A stretch of DNA of 64,000 bases from a bacterium (lineage in GTDB: Bacteria; UBP6; UBA1177; G963667425): positions 1,930,281 through 1,994,280 of the forward strand of contig OY763407.1 in NCBI GenBank assembly GCA_963667425.1. Reading direction: 5' to 3'. Numbering within the stretch: the first letter of the stretch is position 1; every line of letters begins with the position of its first letter. The position numbers and the translations under genes were made by a program. Shown here piece by piece: positions 39,988 through 51,168 of this stretch. Below the pieces are notes generated by a model. That model was not told where the DNA came from, made no database searches, and was given only the letters and a program-made list of their open reading frames with translations.

Positions 39988-42057
39988 TTAACCGTAAATA
40001 CGTTCTCTAATTTTCGCAGGAACTTCACCATATTTTGCAAACTGCATGGTAAAGACACCTCTTCCCTGAGTTTTAGATCTTAGATCCGTGGAATACCCAA
40101 ACATCTCAGAAAGAGGAACCAGGGATTTAACAGTTCTAGCACCTGAATTTTCATCATCTTCCATACCAAGTACAGTTCCTCTTCTACTCTGAATATCAGA
40201 AAGAACATCTCCGGTATAGTCTTCAGGGATAGTAACATCAACACCCATAAGAGGTTCAAGAAGTATTACACCTGCTTTTTCTTCGGCCTTTTTAAAACAC
40301 TGAATAGCAGCAATTTTAAATGCTGTATCAGAAGAGTCAACTTCATGGGCCGAACCATCAACCAGTGTAGCTTTTACATCAACAACAGGATATCCATGCA
40401 CGCCGCTTGCAGCAGCAGCTTTTATTCCATATTCAACAGAAGAAATAAATTCTCCAGGAATAGCACCACCCTTGATTTTGTTTTCAAAAACAACACCACC
40501 GTTTTCATTAGGTTCGAATTCAATAACGACATTAGCAAACTGACCTTTACCACCAGTCTGTTTCTGATGTTTGTATGCAAAAGAAATTGGCCCGGCAAAT
40601 TTTTCTCTGTAACTTACCTGGGGACGTCCAACATTTGCGTCAACTTTAAATTCTCTCCTAAGTCTTTCAACCAATATTTCAAGATGAAGCTCTCCCATGC
40701 CAGAAATTATAGTCTGACCAGTTTCTTCATCAGTCTTTACTTTAAAACTAGGATCCTCCTTTGCCAGTTTTCCCAAAGACATTGACAGTCTATCACTATC
40801 AACCTTAGTCTTGGGTTCTATAGCAACATGAATAACAGGTTCAGGAAACTGCATTGACTCAAGAACGAACTGGTCGTTCTTTGTACACAGTGTCGAACCA
40901 GTAATAGCATACTTAAGGCCCACAACAGCACCAATATTACCCGAACTGATGACATCAGTCTCTTCTCTTTTATTAGCATGCATTCTTAAGAGACGGCCAA
41001 TTCTTTCAGCCTTACCGGCAGACGAATTGTAAACCATATCTCCAGATTTAAGTTCGCCTGAGTAAACTCTTACAAACGCCAGCTCACCAACAAAAGGATC
41101 TGTCATAATTTTAAAAACAAGAGCACTAAGTCTTGGATCTTCAGAAGAAATCTCAACTTCACGCTCTCTGTCATCATGGGCAATTACAGGAGGTATATCC
41201 ATAGGAGAAGGCATATAATCAACTATCGCATCAAGCAAAAGCTGTACACCTTTATTTTTAAAAGCCGTACCACAACAAACAGGAAAGAATCCTGTTGTAA
41301 GAACAGCCTTTCTTATAACTTTTTTTATTTCAGAAACAGAGATATCTTCACCTGAAAGATATTTCTCCATAAATTCTTCATCATAATCTGATAAAGACTC
41401 TAAAAGAGTTTCTCTTTTTTCAGAAGCATAATCTTCCATATCTGCAGGAACACCTTCTTCAACTCTATAAGTAGAACCGAGAGCATCTTCATCATAGTAA
41501 CATGTTCTCCACTCAACGAGATCTATTATAGCTCTAAAAGTATCTTCCGCACCAATAGGCAACTGAATTGCAACAGCATTTGCTCCCAAACGAGTCTTCA
41601 TCTGTTTAAGAACGTTTTCAAAATTAGCTCCAATTCTGTCCATTTTATTAACAAACGCAAGCCTTGGAACTTTATATTTATTTGCCTGACGCCAAACAGT
41701 TTCAGACTGAGGCTGAACACCTCCAACGGCACAGAAAACAGCAACCGCGCTATCAAGAACTCTAAGAGAACGTTCCACTTCCGCTGTAAAATCAACGTGT
41801 CCAGGAGTATCAATAATATTAATTCTCTTTTCTCTCCAATAGCACGTAGTAGCAGCAGAAGTTATTGTAATACCTCTCTCCTGCTCCTGCTCCATCCAAT
41901 CCATAACCGCAGTACCTTCATGAACCTCACCCAACTTATGAGAAACACCAGTATAGAACAGTATTCTTTCAGTAGTAGTAGTCTTGCCGGCATCGATGTG
42001 CGCCATAATTCCAATATTTCTAATCTCACTTAGAGGCAGTGTTTTTACTGCAGCCAT
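39988..42057 (-). CDS. fusA: Elongation factor G
   Basis: [26 protein letters not shown]-motifs; 689 aa with the EF-G domain order. Confidence 0.98.
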   Translation of the reverse strand: MAAVKTLPLSEIRNIGIMAHIDAGKTTTTERILFYTGVSHKLGEVHEGTAVMDWMEQEQERGITITSAATTCYWREKRINIIDTPGHVDFTAEVERSLRVLDSAVAVFCAVGGVQPQSETVWRQANKYKVPRLAFVNKMDRIGANFENVLKQMKTRLGANAVAIQLPIGAEDTFRAIIDLVEWRTCYYDEDALGSTYRVEEGVPADMEDYASEKRETLLESLSDYDEEFMEKYLSGEDISVSEIKKVIRKAVLTTGFFPVCCGTAFKNKGVQLLLDAIVDYMPSPMDIPPVIAHDDREREVEISSEDPRLSALVFKIMTDPFVGELAFVRVYSGELKSGDMVYNSSAGKAERIGRLLRMHANKREETDVISSGNIGAVVGLKYAITGSTLCTKNDQFVLESMQFPEPVIHVAIEPKTKVDSDRLSMSLGKLAKEDPSFKVKTDEETGQTIISGMGELHLEILVERLRREFKVDANVGRPQVSYREKFAGPISFAYKHQKQTGGKGQFANVVIEFEPNENGGVVFENKIKGGAIPGEFISSVEYGIKAAAASGVHGYPVVDVKATLVDGSAHEVDSSDTAFKIAAIQCFKKAEEKAGVILLEPLMGVDVTIPEDYTGDVLSDIQSRRGTVLGMEDDENSGARTVKSLVPLSEMFGYSTDLRSKTQGRGVFTMQFAKYGEVPAKIRERIYG

Positions 42058-42074
42058 AACAATCCGCTCCCGAT

Positions 42075-42545
42075 CTATCTTTTGTAATGAGCAAAAGCCT
42101 TATTAGCTTCCGCCATTTTATGTGTATCTTCTCTTTTCTTGAAAGCAGTTCCTCTCTTATGATAAGCATCATCAAGCTCTGCATGAAGCTTTGCCATCAT
42201 AGTTTTTTCAGACCTTGCTCTTGAAACAGTAATAATCCATCTCATAGCGATAGCTATTGATTTTTCAAGAGAAATTTCTGTAGGAACCTGATAAGTAGCT
42301 CCACCAATTCTTGTTGACTTAACCATAACAAGTGGACGTGCAGATTCCAATGCTTTCTTAAACGCGCCAACTGGTCCTTCCTCTTTTCCTTCAGCAAGTC
42401 TTTCCATAGCACTATAGACTATACCTTCTGCTGTAGATTTTTTACCAGCCTTCATAATCTTATTTATAAACTGCTGAACAATCAGATCTCCATATTTAGG
42501 ATCTGGCATTATTTCTCTTTTCGATGAAAAGCTTTTCCTAGGCAT
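42075..42545 (-). CDS. rpsG: 30S ribosomal protein S7
   Basis: S7 signature ([26 protein letters not shown]). Confidence 0.95.
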   Translation of the reverse strand: MPRKSFSSKREIMPDPKYGDLIVQQFINKIMKAGKKSTAEGIVYSAMERLAEGKEEGPVGAFKKALESARPLVMVKSTRIGGATYQVPTEISLEKSIAIAMRWIITVSRARSEKTMMAKLHAELDDAYHKRGTAFKKREDTHKMAEANKAFAHYKR

Positions 42546-42563
42546 CTTACAAATTCCTCCTGA

Positions 42564-42938
42564 TTAAGACCTTGGTCTCTTTGCTCCATATTTTGAACGG
42601 CTCTGTTTTCTTCCATCAACGCCAGAAGAGTCAAGAGTACCTCTCACAATATGGTACCTAACACCCGGAAGGTCTTTAACCCTGCCGCCTCTAACAAGAA
42701 CAACACTGTGCTCCTGAAGATTGTGGCCTTCACCGGGGATATAACTTGTAACTTCAAAACCACTAGTAAGTCTAACTCTTGCAACTTTTCTAAGAGCAGA
42801 ATTAGGTTTCTTAGGTGTGGTAGTGTAAACTCTAACACAAACACCCTTTCTCTGAGGACAAGCCTTAAGTGCAGGACATTTGCTCTTTTTTACCGCTGAG
42901 TCTCTTCCTTTTCTTATCAGCTGGTTAATAGTAGGCAT
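42564..42938 (-). CDS. rpsL: 30S ribosomal protein S12
   Basis: Start set at ATG 42938 ([12 protein letters not shown]) with AGGAG 7 nt upstream; the track ORF carries a 20-codon upstream extension. Confidence 0.95.
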   Translation of the reverse strand: MPTINQLIRKGRDSAVKKSKCPALKACPQRKGVCVRVYTTTPKKPNSALRKVARVRLTSGFEVTSYIPGEGHNLQEHSVVLVRGGRVKDLPGVRYHIVRGTLDSSGVDGRKQSRSKYGAKRPRS

Positions 42939-43521
42939 TCTCATACTCCTAATATCAGATACTAACACAAAAAAATCAACGGGATTATATACCCCCATCC
43001 CAAGCTGTCAAACTATTTTTGTACAACACAAGCAAGTAGTTGTAATCACTGGATTTAATAGCCAAGAGACTCAATGGACGTTTTTAATTTTTACCCTCTT
43101 AAAGATATTTTTTCAACATTTTTCATAAAAAAATTTGACATTTTTTTAACTAATTGCTCTTTCTAAAGAATTCAAACACTTACATTTAATTGCAGTCACT
43201 TATACATAAAAAATGTAGCACAAAACAACAAATAGCCTAAAAATAAAAAAATGTTTACTTATAAAAAAACTCAACATTTTTTCTACACTGGAAATACAAA
43301 GACTTTTTATTGTTTTTTTTAAAATTAATGTTTTACTAAAAATAAAGGAATTTAAAAATAAAAAAAACTTTAAATATCATTATAAGCAATAACTTTATCA
43401 CTATAAACCACAGTGTTTTAAATTTTAAGTGCAAAACGTCATAACTATATAAGTATCTTGAAAAAAAAGTTAATTATATTATGATTAAGAGTCTTTATGT
43501 AATATTGCAGTGAGATGTGCA

Positions 43522-45960
43522 ATGAAAAGTATTTACCGCAAAAATAATAAGATTATTTTTATATTGTTTATTCTAATTGCGGTCATTACATTTATCTTTA
43601 TTGTATTTATGCATGAAAGCAAACTAAAAGAAGAAGTATCTGATACTATCAAAAAACATGCCAATGTTATAAAAACATCTTTATGGACTTATGAAAAAAA
43701 TGCTCATGTATCATATCTTGAACTTGCAATGAAGTCCAACAATTATGACGAACTGACGGTTTTTGATGATATGGGAAAAGTCTTTATTCAGTTGAAATCT
43801 GAAAAGCCATCTTTTTTAAAAGAATTTTTAATGTCTATTGGAATTATAAGTATAGAAAAAATAAAAACAGATATTATTTATGAGTCAAAAAAAGTAGGTG
43901 AACTTCAAATATTATGGAGAAATGAATCAGTTTTTTTCTATGCCTATATAGTTTTGTTTATCTCTCTTATTTTTCTGGCATTCTGGCTTTTTATGAGACT
44001 TTCTATAATTAACAGCTCCCTGTTAGTCCAATCGGAATTATTAAAAAAAGCTAAGAATACTGCGGAAGAAGCAAGTAAATCAAAAAGCTCATTTCTTGCC
44101 AATATGAGTCATGAAATACGAACACCTATGAATGCAATCATTGGTCTTAATCATCTTATTTCAAAGACAGAATTAACCAAAAAACAGCGGGATTATTTTT
44201 CAAAACTTGAAAGTTCAAGTCAACATCTATTACAAATAATCAACAACATACTTGATTTTTCCAAAATAGAAGCTGATAAAATGGAACTTGAAAATTCAAA
44301 TTTCTCTCTTAGCGAAATTATGGAAAACATCAAAAGTGTTCTTATATACAGGATTGAACAAAAAGGACTGAATTTTAATATAAAAATAGATAAAAATGTT
44401 CATGATATTTTTAAAGGCGACTCGCTAAGGCTTACTCAGATTCTTACCAACCTACTCAATAATGCCATAAAATTCACTGAGACTGGTAGTATTACAATTG
44501 AAATTAAAGAAAAAATCCTTGATTCCAACCATGCAGAACTGAAATTTTCTATAAAAGATTCAGGAATTGGAATTGATGCTGAAGGGCAGAAACACCTTTT
44601 TACCCCATTTGAACAGACAGATTCTTCAACAACACGAAAATATGGAGGAACAGGATTAGGACTAAGCATATGTAAAAGGCTTGTGGAAATGATGGGGGGA
44701 AATATCTCGGTTGACAGTTTTCCTGGAGTAGGATCTACATTTCATTTTATCATAATTTGCGAACAGATTTCTTTAGGCGTACTTCCCCCTGACATTTCTG
44801 ATAGCTTTGCACTTATTGTCGAAGATAACTATGCAGCACAAAACACACTTGGATCAATGCTTAAAGAGTTGACAATAAATTATGACGTGGCAATAAGCGG
44901 AGAAAGTGCATTGGAAATTCTTCTTGAAAATCCTGAAAAATACAAATTTTTGTTTCTGGACTGGCAGCTACCCGGCATGGATGGATTCAGCATGATAAGA
45001 GAACTGCGTAATAATAGTAAAATCTCAGAACCAATTACTTTTATAACAACAGCATATGGTACTTCAGAAGTTATACAACAGGCTAAAAATTTGAACACTG
45101 CGGGATTGCTCATAAAGCCTTTTTCGAAAGAAATAGTTATAGAATCAATAATATCAGCATTAGCGGCTTTTAAAAATGAAACATCAAAAAGTAATAAAAA
45201 ACCATCTGAACAGAAATCTTTAAATATAGACATTCTGCTTGCTGAAGATAATGCTATAAATCAACAGGTTCTTACAGAAATCTTAAAAGATTATGGATGT
45301 AATTCAACTGTAGCGGAAAATGGAAAAATTGCTGTAGAAAAAGCAACAAGTTACAAATATGATTTAATCATCATGGATCTTCAGATGCCTGTAATGGACG
45401 GTTTCGAAGCCACAGAACGGATAAGAAAACATGAAACAAGTCTTGGATATAGAACACATATAATTGCAATGAGTGCAAGTATTCTCAAAGATGATATGGA
45501 AAAAGCAAAACTTGCCGGAGTTGATGAGTACATAACAAAACCAGTAGACCCTAACAACTTATTTAATGTTTTAAATAAAATTTCACAAAACATTAAAAAG
45601 GAACTTTTTTCATCAAGTCAGGCAAAGTCTGTAAATATAGAAAAAGGTCTTGAAATAGTTATGGGAAATAAAAAACTGTACTACAAACTTCTCAATCAGT
45701 TTCATGAGCAACATAGAGATTCCGGCATTAGGTTAAATGCTGCCTTGAGAACAAAAGATTATGATGCTGCCAGAAAAATAGCTCATACAATTGCGGGAGT
45801 ATCATCAAATCTTGGTGCTGTAGATCTTTTTCAGACAGCTGTAAATCTGGAAATGGCTTTATATAAAAAACAGAGCGATGTGGAATTGATTGCCAGAAAA
45901 TTTCATCATGAACTTAACAAAACCATGGCTGAGATATTGATTTTAAATCAGACATTATAA
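43522..45960 (+). CDS. Hybrid sensor histidine kinase with two receiver domains and a C-terminal Hpt domain
   Basis: N-terminal TM helices flanking a ~120-aa extracytoplasmic segment; HisKA H-box (SHEIRTPMNAIIGL); HATPase_c (GTGLGLSICKRLVEMMGG); two REC domains with conserved Asp (FLDWQLPGMDG; IIMDLQMPVMDG); Hpt helix (AHTIAGVSSNLGA). Confidence 0.85.
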   Translation: MKSIYRKNNKIIFILFILIAVITFIFIVFMHESKLKEEVSDTIKKHANVIKTSLWTYEKNAHVSYLELAMKSNNYDELTVFDDMGKVFIQLKSEKPSFLKEFLMSIGIISIEKIKTDIIYESKKVGELQILWRNESVFFYAYIVLFISLIFLAFWLFMRLSIINSSLLVQSELLKKAKNTAEEASKSKSSFLANMSHEIRTPMNAIIGLNHLISKTELTKKQRDYFSKLESSSQHLLQIINNILDFSKIEADKMELENSNFSLSEIMENIKSVLIYRIEQKGLNFNIKIDKNVHDIFKGDSLRLTQILTNLLNNAIKFTETGSITIEIKEKILDSNHAELKFSIKDSGIGIDAEGQKHLFTPFEQTDSSTTRKYGGTGLGLSICKRLVEMMGGNISVDSFPGVGSTFHFIIICEQISLGVLPPDISDSFALIVEDNYAAQNTLGSMLKELTINYDVAISGESALEILLENPEKYKFLFLDWQLPGMDGFSMIRELRNNSKISEPITFITTAYGTSEVIQQAKNLNTAGLLIKPFSKEIVIESIISALAAFKNETSKSNKKPSEQKSLNIDILLAEDNAINQQVLTEILKDYGCNSTVAENGKIAVEKATSYKYDLIIMDLQMPVMDGFEATERIRKHETSLGYRTHIIAMSASILKDDMEKAKLAGVDEYITKPVDPNNLFNVLNKISQNIKKELFSSSQAKSVNIEKGLEIVMGNKKLYYKLLNQFHEQHRDSGIRLNAALRTKDYDAARKIAHTIAGVSSNLGAVDLFQTAVNLEMALYKKQSDVELIARKFHHELNKTMAEILILNQTL

Positions 45961-46470
45961 TCCTGAAACAATAAGCCACTTTCCATTTTCCTTAACAAAC
46001 TGAATTTGATTAACATCATCCACACTGTACCATTTTGGTTTTTCTTCTTCAAGAATTGTTTTTCCATCAGGTCCGAGTCTGCTATCAGACTGAAATCTTA
46101 AATCATAATAGTAGTAAACCAGAGCAAAACCTTTATCAGCGTCAACAGTCATATCCTTTATGATTATTGAAATATTTATCTTAAGAATTTCAGCATATTT
46201 TTCAGATTTCATAAAAGCTACTATTCCATCATAATCTACATCATCTGCTGCAATATCGGTACCGTTTTTATCATAGTATGAATCAGAAATAAGAGTTATT
46301 ATTTTTGCCGAATCTTTAGTCTTAACTGCATTGACATATTCATCAAAAACCTTTAAAACCTCTTTGTTATCAGGAGTATCTTCAATATCTGTTCCTTTAA
46401 TTTTTGATGGAGAACATGAAGCAAAACTGATAATAAGCGTCAACAGAAGGAGCATAAGAATTTTTCTCAT
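45955..46470 (-). CDS. Lipoprotein, last gene of the gsp operon (possible accessory or pilotin-like factor)
   Basis: Signal peptide plus lipobox (ISFASCSPS); 171 aa; 4-nt overlap with the upstream gspN-like gene. Function unknown. Confidence 0.5.
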   Translation of the reverse strand: MRKILMLLLLTLIISFASCSPSKIKGTDIEDTPDNKEVLKVFDEYVNAVKTKDSAKIITLISDSYYDKNGTDIAADDVDYDGIVAFMKSEKYAEILKINISIIIKDMTVDADKGFALVYYYYDLRFQSDSRLGPDGKTILEEEKPKWYSVDDVNQIQFVKENGKWLIVSGL

Positions 46471-47375
46471 TTAGACCTCTCTTTTTTTATAGTAGGATTT
46501 GTAAACATACCTTTTACACTAAATCTATATGTTAGATTCTGTTTCTCTTTTTCATCTTTAAATTGTTCAAGTGCAAGATCTATCGGAGAAAGTGAAGCAA
46601 TTGTTCCCTTTTCCTTTTCTATGACAGTAACTACTATTTCAGGTCTTGAAAAGTTAAGCCTTGTAGGATTTAGAACAACTTTGCCTGTTATATTTATTTT
46701 AAGAGCTCCAGATATATCAGCTTTTTTTATAGTAAGTTTGTTATCTTTTATTGATGCATGTAAGGATAAAGTTCCAAGTTTTAAAGGCTTAACAGTAAGA
46801 CCTTTAATTTTACCTCCAAAAACAAGATTATTTCCGGTAATATCTATCTCGCCATTCATTTTCTTTGATCTGCAAAAAGAAACAGTACCGTTTAAAGTAC
46901 CTTTACCCGCCATATCAGGAAGCAGCGTTTTAAGTAGCAGAAAAGAAACATCTTCAGCATCAACATCAAAACATACGGAAGCTTTTTCAACATCAACATT
47001 GCCGGCAAGTTCTCCGCCACTACTATTGAAATCGTTCAAAACAAAATCAACAGATTTAGACAAACCAAGCATAGTTCCTAATGAAGGAGAAATTTGTGCA
47101 CCTTGAACGCCAATAATCTTCTTACCGCTTTCCAGCAGAGAAAAATCATCAAAAGAAACAGTTTTTAAAGGAGAATAATAAGAATCTACAGCCTTAACTG
47201 AATAATCTGTTTTAAGCATTGCTTCATTTATTTTTGAAATAACAAAATCTCCAGGAAAAAACAATTTTAAAGCAATAATTATCCCGATCAGGGCAGCAAT
47301 CTCATAAAATATAATTTTTTTAATAACATTTATAATATTGGCAGGTGCTAAAAATTTTTTTAATCTCTTTTTCAT
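46467..47375 (-). CDS. T2SS GspN-like bitopic membrane protein (positional assignment)
   Basis: N-terminal TM helix (IIFYEIAALIGIIIALKLFF) followed by a periplasmic domain; position after the L/M-like genes. Confidence 0.4.
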   Translation of the reverse strand: MKKRLKKFLAPANIINVIKKIIFYEIAALIGIIIALKLFFPGDFVISKINEAMLKTDYSVKAVDSYYSPLKTVSFDDFSLLESGKKIIGVQGAQISPSLGTMLGLSKSVDFVLNDFNSSGGELAGNVDVEKASVCFDVDAEDVSFLLLKTLLPDMAGKGTLNGTVSFCRSKKMNGEIDITGNNLVFGGKIKGLTVKPLKLGTLSLHASIKDNKLTIKKADISGALKINITGKVVLNPTRLNFSRPEIVVTVIEKEKGTIASLSPIDLALEQFKDEKEKQNLTYRFSVKGMFTNPTIKKERSK

Positions 47376-47911
47376 TCTACAGCATCTCCTTTAAGGGTCG
47401 CAACAACAATTGCCGTATCATAATTTCGCTTATCATATCTCTTTTTTATGGAAACAGACTCAACAAAAACAAAACGATTATCATTTTCTATTGAATATAG
47501 AAACGTCATCAGCTCAGGAAGAGGAACCGCTCTCAAGGAAAGTTCTATTCTTTCTATTTTTGTTTTCCCCTTTATTACCGGTTTTAATTCTTTTATTGTA
47601 CTTATTTCAATATTGACCGACTCTTTTATGCCGCTAATATATGAATTAAGATTAGTATGATTGTCAGCAAGCTTTTTATAGACTCTTTCTTCCGCTTCTT
47701 TTGAACGATTGTAAAGATTTTTATAACCTGCAATTTTCTGAAGCATTTTTGTTTTGCTCCTTGCATCTGAAGTTGCAGTTTCCAGAGTTGAATCCATAAT
47801 ATACCAAACGAACATGGTCATTATAAGAAACATTACAAGGACAAAAGCTCCGAGCAGACCTTTTTCACGTTGACTTAAAGATGAAATATAGTTAGTTATT
47901 TTATCTTTCAT
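47372..47911 (-). CDS. T2SS GspM-like bitopic membrane protein
   Basis: 179 aa, single N-terminal TM helix (LLGAFVLVMFLIMTMFVWYI); size and topology match GspM; overlaps neighbouring genes. Confidence 0.45.
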   Translation of the reverse strand: MKDKITNYISSLSQREKGLLGAFVLVMFLIMTMFVWYIMDSTLETATSDARSKTKMLQKIAGYKNLYNRSKEAEERVYKKLADNHTNLNSYISGIKESVNIEISTIKELKPVIKGKTKIERIELSLRAVPLPELMTFLYSIENDNRFVFVESVSIKKRYDKRNYDTAIVVATLKGDAVE

Positions 47912-49329
47912 TAGTTTGCTCCCTTGGTTTTCTTGGATTTGTCTTCTTTTGCCTTTTTTTCAGATTCCGTAACAAAATCAAATCCTATAGAAAAATCATT
48001 TTTCCCTTTTATATTTCTGATTTGCCCCTTATTGAGGTTTTTAACATTTTTGTGTGCTTCAAGATTTTCAACCATCTTATTGAAATCTTCAAGTTTGTCA
48101 CAGTTTCCTACGAACCTTACCTTTCCATCTTTAAAAGAAAACTCTCTTATTTCAATTGAACTTTCTTCAAAAGTCAGAAGCGGAAAAAGTTCTTCCATAA
48201 CGTAAAGAGATGAATAAGGATAAACTTTTTTCTTTTCGTTAATTTCATCACCTTTAATTGTTTTCTCCATCACAGACACAGCCTGCCTCAGACTGGGATA
48301 TTCTTTTCCAAGAATTTCTTTGGTCAGAGTTTTTGTTCTACTGTCAAGTTTTTCTATTTCACTATTCACGTTGGATATTTTTATCTGCATAGAAATTATA
48401 AAAATGATAAAAGCGGAAAAAAGCATTATGGAAACAGCTATCATTTTCCTCTTGTAAAATTCAAAACCGCCTTTATACGCAAATTCATCTTTTGCAAAAT
48501 TTGCTATTGCACCTTTTTCTATTGCTGACGGCATTTCTGCAAGAACATCAGAAAGGAAAATGGTCTTTGCTTCTTTTAAAGATGTTTTTAAATAACTTTC
48601 AATGGCTGATGGAATCAATGCTGTAATAAAAAAGAGCGCTGGTTTGCCTGAGAAAAAATCTGAATATGTTGAAACAGTGTTTTCAATAACGCTATCTATA
48701 CTTTTTTTGATCAGAATTTCTTCTTCCGAACTGCTTTCAGCATCTATTTTTCCCAAAGAACCAAGCCAATCCTTATATTCCGCATCATCTGAAATCCTTG
48801 ATATGCTTCTAAGTTCAATTTCCTTTACACCATCTCCTGCAACTATCTGGGATTTGTCATCAAGCATTGCGGAATAATCATCTCCAATAATTACAGATTT
48901 TTCTCTTTCACCTGAAGAGATAAATTCATGTTCAGGAATAATACTTCTTATTTTAGAACTGTGGTTTATGAAGCGGTCAACAATTTCAGCAACATCGCTT
49001 TTTTTGACAATATACACTGTAACCTGTCCGTTTTCCTGCTGTTTTATATCAAAAATTATTTCCGCAGTTTTAAAATGCGTTATAGTTTCTATATCCTGCT
49101 CTATTATCATTTCAAGCTGATTTTTTTTAACAACAGGATACTGCTTTATAAAATATAAAACTTTTGATGCCGGAAAAAGTATGTCAATAAAATCGAACTC
49201 TTTTAAAAAATCTTCAAGACCGGCAAAATCAATTTCTTTTGAACCTAGAAAAGAGACTTTATTATAATCTTTTTCAAACTTATAAAAAACAGCCGAACTT
49301 TCACCCATCCTGCATGAAGCGTATTTCAT
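47911..49329 (-). CDS. T2SS GspL-like protein (cytoplasmic domain, TM helix, periplasmic domain)
   Basis: 472 aa; ~290-aa N-terminal cytoplasmic region, one TM helix (MIAVSIMLFSAFIIFIISM), ~160-aa periplasmic region; position between the K and M homologs. Confidence 0.45.
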   Translation of the reverse strand: MKYASCRMGESSAVFYKFEKDYNKVSFLGSKEIDFAGLEDFLKEFDFIDILFPASKVLYFIKQYPVVKKNQLEMIIEQDIETITHFKTAEIIFDIKQQENGQVTVYIVKKSDVAEIVDRFINHSSKIRSIIPEHEFISSGEREKSVIIGDDYSAMLDDKSQIVAGDGVKEIELRSISRISDDAEYKDWLGSLGKIDAESSSEEEILIKKSIDSVIENTVSTYSDFFSGKPALFFITALIPSAIESYLKTSLKEAKTIFLSDVLAEMPSAIEKGAIANFAKDEFAYKGGFEFYKRKMIAVSIMLFSAFIIFIISMQIKISNVNSEIEKLDSRTKTLTKEILGKEYPSLRQAVSVMEKTIKGDEINEKKKVYPYSSLYVMEELFPLLTFEESSIEIREFSFKDGKVRFVGNCDKLEDFNKMVENLEAHKNVKNLNKGQIRNIKGKNDFSIGFDFVTESEKKAKEDKSKKTKGAN

Positions 49330-49338
49330 CTAAACCTC

Positions 49339-50508
49339 TTACTGTTCACGGTAATAATATAGGTTACCTTCTCTATCAACAACCATTTCAATGGTACTTA
49401 CGACACCATCTTTTTCTCCTGTAGAGACAATTTTGTAAATTGAACCCTTAACCTCAAGTATATTTTTAACATTACTGTTTAATGTAATTCCTTCTTTAGA
49501 TACAACGGAAATAAAATTATCAACATTTGTAAAACCAGTTTTGGCTCTTTCTGCAAGAACTTTTCCCATAAGTTCTCTCATAGCATCTTCATTTGAGAAA
49601 ATAGACAGACTTTTATCTTCAGCATAAGCTCTGATAATAGCTTCAAGCATTTGATAATCTGCTTTGACAATGTTTATCTTACCAGTGGAATAAATAGTTA
49701 TATAAGGATAAAGTATCTTATATATAACATTGTTTACACCATAAACCATATAAAGCTCATCCAGCGTATCCAATCTTGCATTTTTTAATTTATATGAAGG
49801 AATAAAATCATCATAAAGAGGAGAATCTCCGCCAGCCATATCGATCCAGTCCTTTATATTAGCAATAAGTTCTTCTCTTGATACAAATTCTTTTCTATCT
49901 GTTCCTTCAACAAACACAAAATCATAAATATCATCACTAATCATGCTTTGAAGAATAGAAACAATTGAATCAGACATACTTGAATCGAGCATATTGAGAT
50001 TTATTTTCCCATCTTCATTTGCAAATGCCAAACTGAAATCGCCGGGAAATTCAAAGAAAGGATCACCTTCATCTTCCTTCTTAACAGCAGCAGAACCTTC
50101 ACCGCCTTTTTCTCCAGAGCTTTTCTCTTCAGCCTCTTCTTTTTTATAAATATCTGTAATATCCGCAAAAGGTCCGGCTGCTGTAAATTCTCTAAGTATT
50201 GCTGTATCAAAAGGAACTATATCCCAAATTTCAAAAGAGGCTGCACTATCACCCAAAAACTGTTTAAGAGAAGTTTCAAGCTGCTTCTGAAGGTCAAACA
50301 CGACAACTGCAAAGTTAGCTCCTGACTGAGCGAGAGCTCTGGCTTCAGCTTTTTTCTTGTACTGCATAGCAAGTTCATATTCGACTTTGGCATTGCTGTT
50401 CATATCAAAAGCTATTGGGAGCATTATAGCTATCATAACTATGACAATAAGCATTGCAATTCCTCTGTTCGAATTGATATTTTTAAACCATAAAAGCAGT
50501 TTCTTCAT
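49339..50508 (-). CDS. gspK: T2SS minor pseudopilin GspK-like
   Basis: N-terminus NRGIAMLIVIVMIAIMLPIAF lacks the Glu+5 of other pseudopilins, as in GspK; large periplasmic domain. Confidence 0.55.
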   Translation of the reverse strand: MKKLLLWFKNINSNRGIAMLIVIVMIAIMLPIAFDMNSNAKVEYELAMQYKKKAEARALAQSGANFAVVVFDLQKQLETSLKQFLGDSAASFEIWDIVPFDTAILREFTAAGPFADITDIYKKEEAEEKSSGEKGGEGSAAVKKEDEGDPFFEFPGDFSLAFANEDGKINLNMLDSSMSDSIVSILQSMISDDIYDFVFVEGTDRKEFVSREELIANIKDWIDMAGGDSPLYDDFIPSYKLKNARLDTLDELYMVYGVNNVIYKILYPYITIYSTGKINIVKADYQMLEAIIRAYAEDKSLSIFSNEDAMRELMGKVLAERAKTGFTNVDNFISVVSKEGITLNSNVKNILEVKGSIYKIVSTGEKDGVVSTIEMVVDREGNLYYYREQ

Positions 50509-51161
50509 TAAAAAGTCAAAGGCCTCTTCATTTTTATATTAAAAACAGTCTCAATTTTAAGCGGCTTTGTATCGCCATCTGTCTCAGGCATTTCCAAAGT
50601 AAGTTTTATTTTTGGAGGAAGCGAGTTTGAGTAATCCATAGATTCACTATTCCATAAAGGTCGCCAATCTTTATCTGTTTCATTCCAGTATTCAAAAACA
50701 ATTTTTTCAAAACCTTTAAGTAGGGGAAAAGTCTGTCCGCCTTTCTCAGGGTCACCGTCAACCCACGAACTTTCACGCCTGTAAAGAACGTTTACTCCAT
50801 CTTCCTCTTCTCCATAGTATTCAATTTCTGTCTGACTGCATTCCTTAACATTTTCCTGCATCTTTATGTGATTAAAAGAAGTAAATGTAACATGTGTCAC
50901 CGGTTCGTCTTCTTCAGATTTAAAGATTGTTTTATGCGTAATTTCAGGAACACCCTGATGGGTTGTTAAAAACGCATTTTCCATATCTTTTCTGATAAGT
51001 TCAACCGTGAAAAATATCTTTCTTATCCCGTTTAAGCGCTCTTTTGTTCTCGATTTTCCAGTAAGAATATTTGAAAATGAAAAATATACAGAAGAAATTA
51101 TTACAGCAGTAACTGTCATTGCGATAAGGACTTCAAGTACTGTAAAACCTTTGTTTTTCAT
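50508..51161 (-). CDS. Prepilin-type pseudopilin (GspJ-like by position)
   Basis: MKNK-G-FTVLEVLIAMTV prepilin peptidase site with Glu+5. Confidence 0.6.
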   Translation of the reverse strand: MKNKGFTVLEVLIAMTVTAVIISSVYFSFSNILTGKSRTKERLNGIRKIFFTVELIRKDMENAFLTTHQGVPEITHKTIFKSEEDEPVTHVTFTSFNHIKMQENVKECSQTEIEYYGEEEDGVNVLYRRESSWVDGDPEKGGQTFPLLKGFEKIVFEYWNETDKDWRPLWNSESMDYSNSLPPKIKLTLEMPETDGDTKPLKIETVFNIKMKRPLTF

Positions 51162-51168
51162 AATTCTT

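Noticed and set aside
42939-42998. 20-codon N-terminal extension of rpsL in the ORF track
   Set aside because: S12 starts at MPTINQ in characterised homologs; the ATG at 42938 has AGGAG at ideal spacing, whereas the upstream start has none.
43000-43509. Looked for tRNA or small RNA genes in the long AT-rich intergenic regions (also 16612..16806, 24119..24323, 59566..59827)
   Set aside because: No GC-rich stems or cloverleaf-compatible segments were visible; no tRNA or rRNA called in the window.
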